Notes: a model not told the origin generated them from the sequence alone. 64,000 nucleotides of DNA from Candidatus Latescibacterota bacterium (GCA_965248755.1 OZ252149.1:672001-736000); one strand, 5' to 3'; numbered from the stretch's first letter, positions 50,576 to 61,221 are shown. A program made the numbers and translations.

Positions 50576-51772
50576 ATGACACTAATAGTATTCTGTGCTG
50601 TCCTGACACTGTTAGTCGCTTTGAACGCTACTGTCTATGCGCAAGACCTTTCCGACACCAAGATCGCCTTTGTGTCATTCCGCGACGGCGACTTTGAGAT
50701 CTACGTGATGGACACAGATGGAACAAACTAAATGCGGCTTACCAACAACTCGGCGATTGACGTAAAGCCTTCTTGGTCGCCTGACGGGATGAAGATTATC
50801 TTTGAGTCAAACCGCGTTGGCAACGCGGAACTCTACACAATAAACGCTGATGGAACAGACCTGACGCGGCTTACTAACAACTCGGCTAATGACTTCAGTC
50901 CTCGTTGGTCTCCTGACGGGACGAACATCGTGCTTATGCGCGATGCCCCGGGCTATGAGATATACACAATAAAGGAGGATGGAACAAACTATACGCGGCT
51001 GACCAACAACAGGGCGCTTGACGTAAGCCCTTCCTGGTCTCCAGATGGGATGAAAATCCTCTTCAATTCAAACCGCGATGGCGATCCGGAAATCTATGTG
51101 ATGAACGCTGACGGGACAGAACCAGTAAATCTGACCAACAACCTGGTGCGTGACTTTGCCCCTTCTTGGTCGCCTGACGGTTCGAAGATTGCCTTTATAT
51201 CATACCGCACTGACGGGCCGCACATTCACGTTATGAACACGGATGGAACAGACGAGATGCAGTTGGCCAATATCCATGTGACGGAATTCGTCCTTTCCTG
51301 GTCACCGGACGGACAGAAGCTCGCCTTTACAACAGCCCGCTTTGGCCGCCGTAATATTTACGCGGTGAACTCCGACGGGACAAATTTACGTAATCTGACC
51401 AACAGCTCGACCCAGGACATGCTTCTTTCTTGGTCTCCGGACGGACGGAAGATCACCTTTACAACTGACCGCGATGGCAACGATGAAATCTATGTGATGG
51501 ACTCCGACGGGACCAACCCAGTCAATTTGACCAATATCTCAACAAATGACGGCGGGTCTGTTTGGTCGCCGTTCCTCTCATCTGCCCCTGCTCCTCTTGC
51601 AGGAGATTTTGACGGGGACAATGAAGTTGATCTATCCGACTTTGTCCTTTTTCTGGATCTGTTCGGGAGGACGGTCGCTTCAGGAAGCAAATTTGATCTG
51701 GACGGCAATGGAGAGATCGGTCTATCCGACTTTGTGGTCTTTCTGGATAACTTTGGAAGGACAAACAAGTAG
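50576..51772 (+). pseudogene. Secreted TolB-like PD40-repeat beta-propeller with EF-hand/dockerin-like tail, interrupted by an in-frame TAA
   Basis: Signal peptide and KIAFVSFRDGDFEIYVMD, then TAA at 50729-50731 in the same frame as the WSPDG repeats; C-terminal GDFDGDNEVDLSDF/FDLDGNGEIGLSDF. Confidence 0.8.
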
Positions 51773-51965
51773 ACAGGGAGTAAGGGGAGGGCACTTCGTG
51801 CTCTGCTCTGCTGCCACCTCAGGTGGGCTTATGTCTTACCGTATCATATCAGGCGGAATGGCGACATATTGCTTACTGGGTTTCCACCTCACCATCCCTA
51901 CCATTTGCTACTGCACATCCATTAGTTCTACTGTCTGTTCTACATCATTTGCTCAAGGATCACCG

Positions 51966-52460
51966 TCAATACTTCTTCTTCTCGGCTGAGATGACGATGT
52001 CTTTCTTCGTGCTTTCCACTATGGCGATTAGTTCCTCTTGCTCCTTTTCGGGGACTTGGAACTTGTCCAGGGTCTTCCGAAAGTCAACTACCATCGCCTG
52101 CCACTCTTTCTCGGTGATGTTCATATGCTGATGTACCACCTTCATCGAACGCCCCGTATATTTCTGAGGTCCACCGGTTACCTGGCAGACCAAGGAGGTG
52201 ACGCGGTACTTGAGCCCTGCCTTGGGCACCCGATCCCTGGCCTTGTTGACCACTGGGTTGGCGTTCAGGACGTCGTTGACCAATAGACGCTCGATGAAGT
52301 CGTCCACCACAGTCGCGATATTGTACACGCCGCCGAGCCGCTCATAGAGCGTCTTTTCCAATTTTTCCTGGGCTACGCCCGGTGTCCCATTCCACAGCAC
52401 GACCAGAACAAAAGCTAAAAGAGGATGGAATATCCTCACGAACAAGCGTTCTATTTGCAT
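51966..52460 (-). CDS. glbN: Group I truncated hemoglobin with N-terminal signal peptide
   Basis: TLYERLGG, VVDDF, VTGGPQKYTGRSMKVVHQHMNI; hydrophobic leader ending GVA|QEK. Confidence 0.88.
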   Translation of the reverse strand: MQIERLFVRIFHPLLAFVLVVLWNGTPGVAQEKLEKTLYERLGGVYNIATVVDDFIERLLVNDVLNANPVVNKARDRVPKAGLKYRVTSLVCQVTGGPQKYTGRSMKVVHQHMNITEKEWQAMVVDFRKTLDKFQVPEKEQEELIAIVESTKKDIVISAEKKKY

Positions 52461-52528
52461 ATTGTTCACTCCTTTCCTTGCCGCTATTCCGCCTATGTGT
52501 TCAGAGTTGCCGAACTGCCTTGTGCAAT

Positions 52529-52549
52529 CCCCGATTGAATCTATCGGAG
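52529..52549. repeat. CCCCGAT hairpin
   Basis: ccccgattgaatctatcggag. Confidence 0.7.
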
Positions 52550-52840
52550 ACAATATCACTAAGCATAGATTCCAATTTTTCTTTCAGTTTCGATTCAACA
52601 GCTTGGTTAACATATAACGTTCTCATTGTTACCTCCCCCCTTCTGCCACCGTTTCGCTTAATTAGTTTGTATCCGAAGTCTAAAATGCGAAGTGCTTCGG
52701 ATTAACAGTGGAGAATATACAAAAGAAGCCTCTTAATGTCAATGGGTTAATGAAAACACTTGGCAGATGACCGATTATACATTACATTCTGGCAGTCTAC
52801 TAATACAGGACTGGGAGACGGTATCATGTGTGCTGTCTAC

Positions 52841-52985
52841 GAGATTGCTTCGCCCACTTCGTGGCTTGCCCCGATTGAATTTATCGTGGGCTTGCTGCCT
52901 CCCGAGCCAGGCGGCCACGCCGCCTGGCAATGACAGCTGCTGAGACCCTTAGTCATTGCGAGGGGCCAAACCCCGAAGCAATCTC
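52841..52985. repeat. REP-like doublet with inserted hairpin
   Basis: gagattgcttcgcccacttcgtgg-cttg-[ccccgattgaatttatcgtggg]-cttg-ctgcc...gcaatgac, then gtcattgcgag...gcaatctc. Confidence 0.85.
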
Positions 52986-53012
52986 AACGTGCTAGACCGT
53001 TATAGAGACCAT

Positions 53013-54209
53013 ATGGAAAAGCGACCTATTTGGATTTTACCTACTATTATAATTTCTCAATTTGCAGGGACCTCTCTTTGGTTTGCAAGCAACGCAGTCA
53101 GTACAGATTTACAAAATCTGTGGAATCTTAGCGCCGATTCTCTGGGCTATATGACATCCGCCGTTCAATTCGGTTTTATCGTGGGGACACTCTGTTTTGC
53201 TTTCTTTAATCTATCGGACAGATTTTCGCCCAGAATTCTATTTTTTATCTGCTCTCTTTTGGGCTCCCTTTCAAACCTGTTTATCTACCTGCTGGCGGAG
53301 GACCTCTCTTCTTTACTGCTTTTCCGCTTTATTACAGGAGTATTTTTGGCGGGCATTTACCCTGTGGGGATGAAAATAGCTACCGGTTGGTACCACAAAG
53401 ATCTGGGGAAGGCGATAGGCTTCCTTGTGGGGGCATTAGTTTTAGGGACTTCTTTTCCGCATCTCCTGAAGAGTCTTGGCCAAGTCGTCGGCTGGGAGAC
53501 AGTCATTTTGTCTGTCTCTGCAAGTTCCACGGTAGGCGGGATACTTATGTTCCTTCTGGTCCCCGACGGACCTCACCTGTCAAAAGGGACGGGATTTAGT
53601 AGCAAAGCCCTGATTGTAATATTCAAATCTAAAGATTTTCGTTCGGCATCGTGCGGGTACTTTGGACACATGTGGGAGCTATATACATTCTGGGCATTTA
53701 CCCCTCTTATCTTATCTGTCTATGCCTCTATGAATGCATTTGCAGATATTAATATCTCCTTTGGGTCGTTTTGCATCATTGCGGCAGGCAGTCTTGGGTG
53801 TGCTGGAGGAGGGCTGATCTCAAGAAAGATAGGCAGTTCAGCGGTCGCTTTTACTCAATTGTCACTATCGGGCCTCTTCTGTCTTATCTCGCCGCTCCTT
53901 TTTCACGCCTCTAAAGAGGTATTTTTGGGGTTTCTAGTCCTCTGGGGAATAGTCGTCGTAGGTGATTCCCCTCAATTTTCGGCTTTAACAGCTCAAACAG
54001 CGCCCAAGGAGCTGATCGGCTCTGCCTTAACAATAGTAAACTGCATCGGATTTTCTATCACTATTGTTAGTATTCAGATCACAAGTTACTTATCCAATAT
54101 TATGAATTCAAGCTGCATCTTCTCTCTCCTTACTATAGGGCCGATATTCGGCTTGGTATCTCTTTGGCCGTTATTTCGATATAGTGAGGAAAAGATTTAT
54201 CAAACGTAG
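53013..54209 (+). CDS. MFS transporter
   Basis: About 12 hydrophobic segments; LSDRFSPR motif A variant; GIYPVGMK; DSPQFS. Confidence 0.9.
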   Translation: MEKRPIWILPTIIISQFAGTSLWFASNAVSTDLQNLWNLSADSLGYMTSAVQFGFIVGTLCFAFFNLSDRFSPRILFFICSLLGSLSNLFIYLLAEDLSSLLLFRFITGVFLAGIYPVGMKIATGWYHKDLGKAIGFLVGALVLGTSFPHLLKSLGQVVGWETVILSVSASSTVGGILMFLLVPDGPHLSKGTGFSSKALIVIFKSKDFRSASCGYFGHMWELYTFWAFTPLILSVYASMNAFADINISFGSFCIIAAGSLGCAGGGLISRKIGSSAVAFTQLSLSGLFCLISPLLFHASKEVFLGFLVLWGIVVVGDSPQFSALTAQTAPKELIGSALTIVNCIGFSITIVSIQITSYLSNIMNSSCIFSLLTIGPIFGLVSLWPLFRYSEEKIYQT

Positions 54210-54240
54210 AAACCCATTAGAGCATAAGAGATCAGTCTCA

Positions 54241-55362
54241 TCAGTGGGATGAATGAGTATCAGGTCCCTTGCAAGTCAATATCTCCCTTAACCTTTTGGC
54301 AATTACCATTTCGTCTCCCTGCATAAGCGTGTTTGTGCTGATCGCTACTCCCATCTCAGTGGTCAAAAGCTCGATGCTTGGCTCGCCGCTCCTCAAGACT
54401 TTGAGCATTTCATCGGGAGTCATCCTCACTGTATTCTCATCAAACTTTATGTATAGCCTCGGGACGTGGTTCATCAGCTGATCAGGCACGCGGCCTGTCT
54501 CCACGTAATCTATGTCCGAAAGGACATCTGCTATATAGTCTATCTGTCCTTCCCACCTTCTCCACTCGGCCTCGTGATCTTTCTGGATGTAGAGTTCCAC
54601 AGCGGTCAAAAGTCCCACTATCTCCTCCTTCCCAGCCTTCATAGGTCTGCCTATGCTGTGGTTTGGAGAGCTATTTGCAAGACATGCAGAGATTATGTCC
54701 TTCCTCCCCAACACTAAACCAGAAGCCTGGGGACCTCTTAGTCCTTTGCCTCCGCTGAACGTCACGAAGTCCGCTCCCATCTTTATGAATCTCGTCAGAT
54801 TCTCGGCGGGAGGCAACTCCCCAGCGGCGTCCACCATCAATGGCACATCGGCAGCTTTGGCGATCTTTATGGCATCCGAAAGAGACACCGCCCCGTCCCG
54901 TTCGTAAACCGCGATGTGAGCTATCGCAGCTGTCTGTTCGGATATAGCGCTCTCCATCTGTTCCTCGGTCTCAACTTCAACTAGCTTGACCCCCACCTGA
55001 CTTATCGCCTGATCGTATCTAGTTCTGTGGGCTTTCTGGATTATGACCTGACTCTTCATACCTGTCGTGTCCGGGAGTCGGGCGATCTTCTCATGATCGC
55101 ATCCCGCTACACACGCGGCTGTGCATTCAACCAGTGCCGCCGCTGCGCCCGTAGCGACATAAGCGGCCTCTGCACCGGTTAGCTCGGCGAGCCTTTGACC
55201 AACTTTCTGCTGAAGCTCGTGTATACCCACATAGTTCTTTGAGGCCTCAGCCATCTCCTCGACCACCTCCGGCGGCATAATTGAGCCGCCTAGTACGGTG
55301 TATGTCCCCTGCCCGTTGATGAGTGTCCTCACGTCCAGCTTATCGTAGACTCTGTTACTCAA
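54241..55362 (-). CDS. SelA-like PLP-dependent enzyme (DgaE-like ammonia-lyase group)
   Basis: INGQGTYTVLGGS, VDAAGE, FSGGKGLRGPQ (PLP Lys), IGRPMKAGKEEI; lacks the N-terminal domain of true SelA. Confidence 0.85.
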   Translation of the reverse strand: MSNRVYDKLDVRTLINGQGTYTVLGGSIMPPEVVEEMAEASKNYVGIHELQQKVGQRLAELTGAEAAYVATGAAAALVECTAACVAGCDHEKIARLPDTTGMKSQVIIQKAHRTRYDQAISQVGVKLVEVETEEQMESAISEQTAAIAHIAVYERDGAVSLSDAIKIAKAADVPLMVDAAGELPPAENLTRFIKMGADFVTFSGGKGLRGPQASGLVLGRKDIISACLANSSPNHSIGRPMKAGKEEIVGLLTAVELYIQKDHEAEWRRWEGQIDYIADVLSDIDYVETGRVPDQLMNHVPRLYIKFDENTVRMTPDEMLKVLRSGEPSIELLTTEMGVAISTNTLMQGDEMVIAKRLREILTCKGPDTHSSH

Positions 55363-56116
55363 AGTTGCAGCCCTTTCTACATGGAAAGTTAGCTATTTTC
55401 CCCAAAGGTTTTCCGATAAGCCTCATTCCCAACGACTCGTCACAGGCACGCCAACGTGTCTCTTCCGAATCTTGTGGAAGTGACGCCAATCAATTACGAG
55501 ATCGTGCGTCAGCTATCGGCTGTGCACCTGGAGATCCTCTTCAGGCGGGCAACAGGCGACCGGCTCGAAGTCAGCAGCGGCACGAATCGTATGGGTGTCC
55601 GGGGTCTGATAAATGGTCGGCAGGGAGGCGTCTAATGAGACTTTGGTCAAATCGTTTTCGTTTCTCCCTCTCAGTCAATATCTAAGTGGCGCTTATTTAA
55701 ATCTGAAATGTCATTCCGGAGCAATTTAGCAACGTTCATCACCTAATCGTACTGGGGACAAGAAGTAGCACAAGTAGGTGCAGAGTTTACCTTCCAAGTT
55801 TTACTTGTCGTTCACTGTGTACCCTGGGAACTATTCGGGAGTGCGTTCGATGATGTTTCCTACCGGTCGTCAGGTAAAATTGATGGTGTCGCGGAGTGTG
55901 GGAACTATGGAGTCAGGGGAGATTTGTTTGGACGTTCGGCACTTGTTGGTTTCTCTGCTCTTCCTCAGGTGGAGAGACGCTTATACTATTGTTGACCCCT
56001 TTTGTAACCTACTATGTACTCGATCTTTCCCTATTCATTTTCTATAGCGCTTCATACTTGAGGTGGATATCCGTCTCTCTAACTTTTTGCGCAAAAGAAC
56101 GCTCGATTTTCACTCA

Positions 56117-57073
56117 TTATCGGACATACGACACTGACACACCTTCTCTCAGGAAATCCGGAATCTGCTCCTCGACAGCAACACCGCTGAGAGGGTTGTT
56201 TCTCAATCTCAGACTTGTCAGTTGCTTCAAATCCGACAGCGGGGATAGATCGGTGATACGGTTGCGCTCCAATTCCAGATGTGTCAGTTGTGTCAGTCCA
56301 GACAACGGGGACAGATCGCTTATCCGGTTGGTGGTCATCCTTAGGTGCACTAGTTGTTTCAGTCCAGACAGTGGGGATAGATCTTCGACGCGGTTATCCC
56401 CCATATACAGCCTTTCCAATTGTGTCAATCCAGCCAACGGTGATACATCAACAGTATCGTTACCCTGAAGATTCAACTCCGCCAATTGTGTCAGTCCCGC
56501 CAGGGGTGATAGATCACTGATACTCCCTCTTTGAATGTTGCAAGACAGGTTCAGAAGTGTCAGCTCTGTCAGTCCAGACAACGGTGATAGATCCGTGAGA
56601 CTGTTGTCCCCCAGATCCAGTTCTTTAAGTCCATTCAGACTGAACAGCGGTGATAGATCGACGATATTGTTAGCCCGCAGATTCAGATTTGTCAGTTGTG
56701 TCAGTCCACTCAAAGGCGAAGCATCCTTAATATGGTTGTTTTCCAAATCCAGATGCGTGAGTGTAGTCAGTTGGGACAGTGGAGACAGATCACTGATCAG
56801 ACTGCCCGCCATGCTCCCACGTTTCAAGTTGCCCGCCAACTGCAACTTTGTCAGTTGAGCCAACTGCTCGATTCCATCCAATTCAGCAATTAACAGTGGT
56901 GGATCTATTGCCCGCAATTCCGTCAGATTCAAGAGATCATCCAGGGTTGGTTTTCTGGGGAGAGTAAAACTAAAATCTAAGAAGCGGATCCGTTTTTTCT
57001 CCTTCACAGTATTACGCACTACCTTTTCCAAACCCGCATCAGCAAACTTGATGATATTGCCTTTCTCCTGCAT
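56117..57073 (-). CDS. Internalin-like leucine-rich repeat protein
   Basis: Tandem 22-aa LSPLSGLTQLxxLxLxxNxIxD repeats; N-cap FADAGLEKVVR. Confidence 0.9.
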   Translation of the reverse strand: MQEKGNIIKFADAGLEKVVRNTVKEKKRIRFLDFSFTLPRKPTLDDLLNLTELRAIDPPLLIAELDGIEQLAQLTKLQLAGNLKRGSMAGSLISDLSPLSQLTTLTHLDLENNHIKDASPLSGLTQLTNLNLRANNIVDLSPLFSLNGLKELDLGDNSLTDLSPLSGLTELTLLNLSCNIQRGSISDLSPLAGLTQLAELNLQGNDTVDVSPLAGLTQLERLYMGDNRVEDLSPLSGLKQLVHLRMTTNRISDLSPLSGLTQLTHLELERNRITDLSPLSDLKQLTSLRLRNNPLSGVAVEEQIPDFLREGVSVSYVR

Positions 57074-57136
57074 CGCATCTACCTCCTGAAGAATAATACT
57101 TTGAACAAAATATTGATTGCTTGTCCAGCCCTTTTT

Positions 57137-57248
57137 TCATTGCGAGGCGGCGTGGCCGCTTTGCTGGAAGTGGCAGCAAGCCACGAAGTGGGCGAAGCAA
57201 TCTCCGTGTTTTGTGATCGCTTATAAGGCTCATGCTCCTTGCAATGAC
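57137..57248. repeat. REP-like element, empty (no hairpin insert)
   Basis: tcattgcgaggcggcgtggccgc...ggcagcaagccacgaagtgggcgaagcaatctc with a single caag; partner arm ends gcaatgac. Confidence 0.8.
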
Positions 57249-57330
57249 ACGGAACTATCCATAGGGCGAAAGTTTTCCAATGATTTTAGCGTGGAGTACA
57301 GTGTACTGCTTCCCAGGAAAGCGACACCAA

Positions 57331-58194
57331 TTAAGCAACCTGGGGTAGTAGATAAAATTGTTTTCTCCACTCTTTTGGGGTCTTATATCCCAGGGATGAA
57401 TGAAGCCTGTTCTTGTTGTAATTATCGATCCACTGAGATATGATCTTCTCAGCCTGTTCAAAGGATTCAAACTTGTGAAGCCAAACACACTCTTGCTTGA
57501 GGGTCCTGAAAAAACGCTCTACAACACCGTTCCAATCGGGTTTACCACTTGGTATGTATTCCTGACGAATTCCCCAATATTCGGTACTGGCCAAATAGGC
57601 CCGAGCCAAAAAGATGGAACCATTGTCAGAGCGCAAAGTGAGACCCTGGGGGACAGCCTCCTTGGAAGTGTATCGAGAGATCACGGCCCGATCCAGGGCA
57701 TCTGTGGCCTCCAGTGCCCTCCCTTTTCGACTAAAACGATACCCAGGAACCTCCCGGCTTCCGTTGTCCACCACCGCAATAAGAGGACACCAACCATCTT
57801 TTCCACAGTAAATCTTTGTCAAGTCACTCGACCACAAACTGTCGGGACTATCCACCACAGAACGCTTCTGGGCAACCTGTGGCCCCTTTCTCCCGGGACG
57901 ATTCCACAGCTTACACTGCCACCCCTTAAGCTTCATTATCCTATGAACCTTCTTAACGTTGACACATTCCCCTTCCTTGAAACGAAGATGCGCCCAAACC
58001 CGCCTGTGACCAAATGCCTCTTCTTGGTCCAGTATCCCTCGAATACGAAAAGCAAGCTCCTCATCTATCACAGGCTCTTTAACAGAAGAACTGACACCTC
58101 TATCCCTAAACCTATACAGAGTCGAACGATGCAAACCCAAAGCCAAAGCTACCACCTTGCGGGAATAGCCTCGACCCAAAAACCGCCCACTCAA
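57331..58194 (-). CDS. IS3-family transposase OrfB (rve DDE)
   Basis: WSSDLT, RSDNG, VERFFRTLKQE, YN..RLHSSLGY.TP. Confidence 0.92.
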   Translation of the reverse strand: MSGRFLGRGYSRKVVALALGLHRSTLYRFRDRGVSSSVKEPVIDEELAFRIRGILDQEEAFGHRRVWAHLRFKEGECVNVKKVHRIMKLKGWQCKLWNRPGRKGPQVAQKRSVVDSPDSLWSSDLTKIYCGKDGWCPLIAVVDNGSREVPGYRFSRKGRALEATDALDRAVISRYTSKEAVPQGLTLRSDNGSIFLARAYLASTEYWGIRQEYIPSGKPDWNGVVERFFRTLKQECVWLHKFESFEQAEKIISQWIDNYNKNRLHSSLGYKTPKEWRKQFYLLPQVA

Positions 58195-58520
58195 GGCAAC
58201 CGCTTCGTTTTTTTTAGACGGGCTACCTCTTCGAGTATCTCCAACTGGAGCGTCAACTGCCCTACCTTGCGCTCCAACCGGCTAACCTCTCGCTCCTTCG
58301 GATCCTTGCGACCACGCCGAGACTTCAGACTCTCCTGGCCCCCTTCTAAGAAACTATCACGCCAAGCATACGCCTGCGACTGGCTAATTCCATTCTTACG
58401 ACACACCTCAGATAGATCTGCTCCTCTCAAAAGAGCCAACACAATCTCTCCCTTACGGGTCGCCGTCCAGCGCTTACCATCTTTCACTTCGGGGCTCGAC
58501 ACCTTGACCTCCCTTCTCAA
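58191..58520 (-). CDS. IS3-family OrfA (HTH)
   Basis: RWTATRKGEIVL..L.G..LSEVCRKNGIS...YAWR HTH; A8 slippery run near the 3' end. Confidence 0.88.
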   Translation of the reverse strand: MRREVKVSSPEVKDGKRWTATRKGEIVLALLRGADLSEVCRKNGISQSQAYAWRDSFLEGGQESLKSRRGRKDPKEREVSRLERKVGQLTLQLEILEEVARLKKTKRLP

Positions 58521-58799
58521 ACCCCAATTTGCGAAATATTTGTCGCTCTGTCAAGGGGAGCGGTATGACAGGCTGCACTTTAACATGTATATCGGCAATA
58601 ATATGGTGCTTCTTACGTAACGTTCCTTACCTGTCCTTAGAGCAAAAATTAGGACGTCGCTGAGTTTAAGTACAATGGGGTTGAGGGAGATGGCATCTGT
58701 GTATGGATTTTTTCTCATCGATCTTTCGAACGGTCTGCTCAAAGGGAATCGTTATCATCAGGCTCTCTCGTAGGCTATTTAGACCCTATTTTTTAGTTC

Positions 58800-59541
58800 T
58801 CAAAACAATTCTTTCTCTATCAACTTTAGGTACTTATTGACATAGAACATATCAGGTTCATGTTTGATTGGTCAGACCCTGATTTCAAATTGAGGGTTTT
58901 CTGCATTGCCATTGACGAATAGAACTAATCCCATGCCGAAAATCAGACATAGAGAGTCTAGCCTTGAGATGTCACCCTGAGATGAGTTTTTGGGAATCAC
59001 TATATGGCACTTATGACTGAACAACTTATATGAACAAGTTTGCCCAAATGCTGTAATTAAATCTCTTGTAGCCGCTTTTATCTCCGCTGAAATAACTTCA
59101 GTAGGAAACTGTATAATATCGCTCGGAAGTGGATTTTTTATTACTATAATATCGGGAGTTCCCCATTGGTCCTTAAATATATTTCCTCCCAGAGATATTG
59201 CTTTCGTACATTCCTCCAAATCGTCAACAAGCCAGTCTGCCATAGGTTCATAAAAATCCTCTTCTCTTATCTTCTCAATTTCTGAAGGAATTATTCGCTC
59301 CTCTTGACTAATTTCTTTTTCCCGAAAAGAAATATGGCGAAAAATTCCTCGTTCAGGCCTATAGACTTCATCAAGACTTGCGTAAATCTAAGTCCCAAAC
59401 AGCACCACGGATAGTATTTAAGTTAATGTTTGGTAATTCTTCTTGTATTGTTTCCAAAAGGATCGAGTGACGAACACCATCAGGCTCCGATTCAAGTTTC
59501 TCTATCGCCTTGGACGTGATCGTGTCCTTTCTTGTTGCCAT
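58800..59541 (-). pseudogene. Restriction endonuclease-like (PD-(D/E)xK) protein, disrupted
   Basis: Frameshift near 59375 and in-frame TGA at 58872; WGTPD...SAEIK...AFGQ motif; continues PIKHEPDMFYVNKYLK after the stop. Confidence 0.6.
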
Positions 59542-59589
59542 ATTGCTACCTCATTTTTAACTCATTCTCTGTCACACCTTTTTCCCGAA

Positions 59590-60783
59590 CTATCCCAAGG
59601 GCGAAAATGTACGTACGATCTTATCGTGCATCAGGGGTTTTACATCTTTTCGAATCGAGGCAATACGGTCTTCGATCTCTTTCACAGCTTCCGCGCTGTC
59701 GCACACTCCTATGGTAAGAGAGGTCAAATAGCTCTCCCGGGGGGAGATGGAGACTACTCTGCCCTGTTCCCTTTCAAATTTCCTCTCGTTGGGATAGTCT
59801 GTACCCGGCTCCAGTCCTGTCACATATCCGTCCTCTAAAGCGGCTGTATTTTTCCATACAGTAAAGCATGGCAAGTCAGCCGTAGAGTAGCAAAGATAAC
59901 TGCCCTTGTCACCCTCGGCGTTTTTCAAAAGAACGCATGTCTCTTGATTCTCGTCGCTCAAAAGATCGAAGTAATAGACCCGTTGTACGTACCCGGATTC
60001 AGGTCCCCCGTAAACATCGTAAGAATCTAGGTCCGCCAGTGCCCTCCTGTCCCTTGGGCTCATCTCCTTGACAGGGACGACCAATCTTGAGCCTTCTTCA
60101 AGGAGGGGTGTGCCGTAGTTGCAGTGATAGAGAAGCTCCAACTCAGCAGGGATAGTCTTCAGATTCTCAACCTCATCTTGGATAGTAAGCTCATTCGATC
60201 CCAACTCTGTGGAAATAGTTGTGTGAAGCCTCAACGCCGGGCCGAACAGCATCGTCTCGTCCACGATCCCCGATACGCTTAAAGTGTGGGGTTCATCCAA
60301 ATCTACTGTAACCTCCACGTGCCACGCCGGGATATTGGCTATCTTCCCATGGAGTGTAAGCTGAGTTTTCATCTCTTCACCGTCGTGGTCGATCACGACA
60401 TCCTCGCACGGTATGCCGTTGCTGTCCAGCCCACACCTTACTACCCACTCGTCAAATCCTGATAGCCATCCCAATCCTGCTCTGTCCCCTAAATCCACGA
60501 ACGAGGGATGCACAGGCCCCGTGACGGGAGATTCCCAGCCCAGAGCAAAGTCATTATACAGGCCAGTCCATATTCCCATTCCCCTTGTAGGAACTATCGA
60601 AAAGGACATGGCCCCGTTATCCACGACAATTATATCCACGCCGTCCTGGAGCCCGCCCTTCAAGGTCATCTTGGTCACGCTCCATTCGAGATCTGTGCCT
60701 AAATCCAGTACCTCATGGTCTACATGCCACAGGTCAAGCCAGATGTTCTGCTCAGTATCGGTAAGAACCCGATTGTAGGTCAT
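59590..60783 (-). CDS. Aldose 1-epimerase-like (DUF4432) protein
   Basis: PTRGMGIW, GWESPV, TLHGKIAN, LLYHCNYG, YVTGLEPGT. Confidence 0.88.
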   Translation of the reverse strand: MTYNRVLTDTEQNIWLDLWHVDHEVLDLGTDLEWSVTKMTLKGGLQDGVDIIVVDNGAMSFSIVPTRGMGIWTGLYNDFALGWESPVTGPVHPSFVDLGDRAGLGWLSGFDEWVVRCGLDSNGIPCEDVVIDHDGEEMKTQLTLHGKIANIPAWHVEVTVDLDEPHTLSVSGIVDETMLFGPALRLHTTISTELGSNELTIQDEVENLKTIPAELELLYHCNYGTPLLEEGSRLVVPVKEMSPRDRRALADLDSYDVYGGPESGYVQRVYYFDLLSDENQETCVLLKNAEGDKGSYLCYSTADLPCFTVWKNTAALEDGYVTGLEPGTDYPNERKFEREQGRVVSISPRESYLTSLTIGVCDSAEAVKEIEDRIASIRKDVKPLMHDKIVRTFSPLG

Positions 60784-61221
60784 AGTCTTTCTCCTTCTAA
60801 TGTTCTTGGGCCTGCCAGGTTGATATATCGTACGTAATGTTACGGTCCTGCCATGTGGTCGCCCACTCCGTTTCTAAATATGCTTCTGAGCTCTTTTGTT
60901 GATTACATATTTTTTCGCCTCACCTACGTTGTTGTAGGACAATCAGTTAGAAGGAACAAGTGTGCCATTTTTGTACATGTTTCTTACCTTTTGGTACACT
61001 TCTGTAATGTACCTTTCTAGCAGACTTCCTAGTAGACTTCATCTCCCTCGGTGCTGACAGTTCCGAAAACCATTACAGTCAGAATTAAGGTTTCGTTTAA
61101 TATCCAAAAGATAAAGTTACTTAGATTTAACCGATGTGTCAAGGGAAAGATCAAGGTTTTTATTGGTTTGAATTGATGAAAACCTTTGATTTTTGTCAAG
61201 AATGTCGTTATATTTGCAGCA

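Larger units (their letters stand above)
57299..58570 (-). mobile_element. IS3-family insertion sequence
   Basis: orfA plus orfB; imperfect terminal IRs (tactgcttccc..gcgaca / tgtcgc..ggggagcggta); end positions approximate. Confidence 0.85.

Noticed and set aside
54241..55362. True selenocysteine synthase selA
   Set aside because: Too short, lacks the tRNA-binding N-domain, and no selB/selC/selD is nearby; better fits the SelA-like lyases.
55380..56100. Short ORFs between the SelA-like and LRR genes
   Set aside because: No recognisable motifs or consistent codon bias; left unannotated.
57400..58620. 406-aa plus-strand ORF
   Set aside because: Antisense shadow of the IS3 orfA/orfB; no recognisable motifs.
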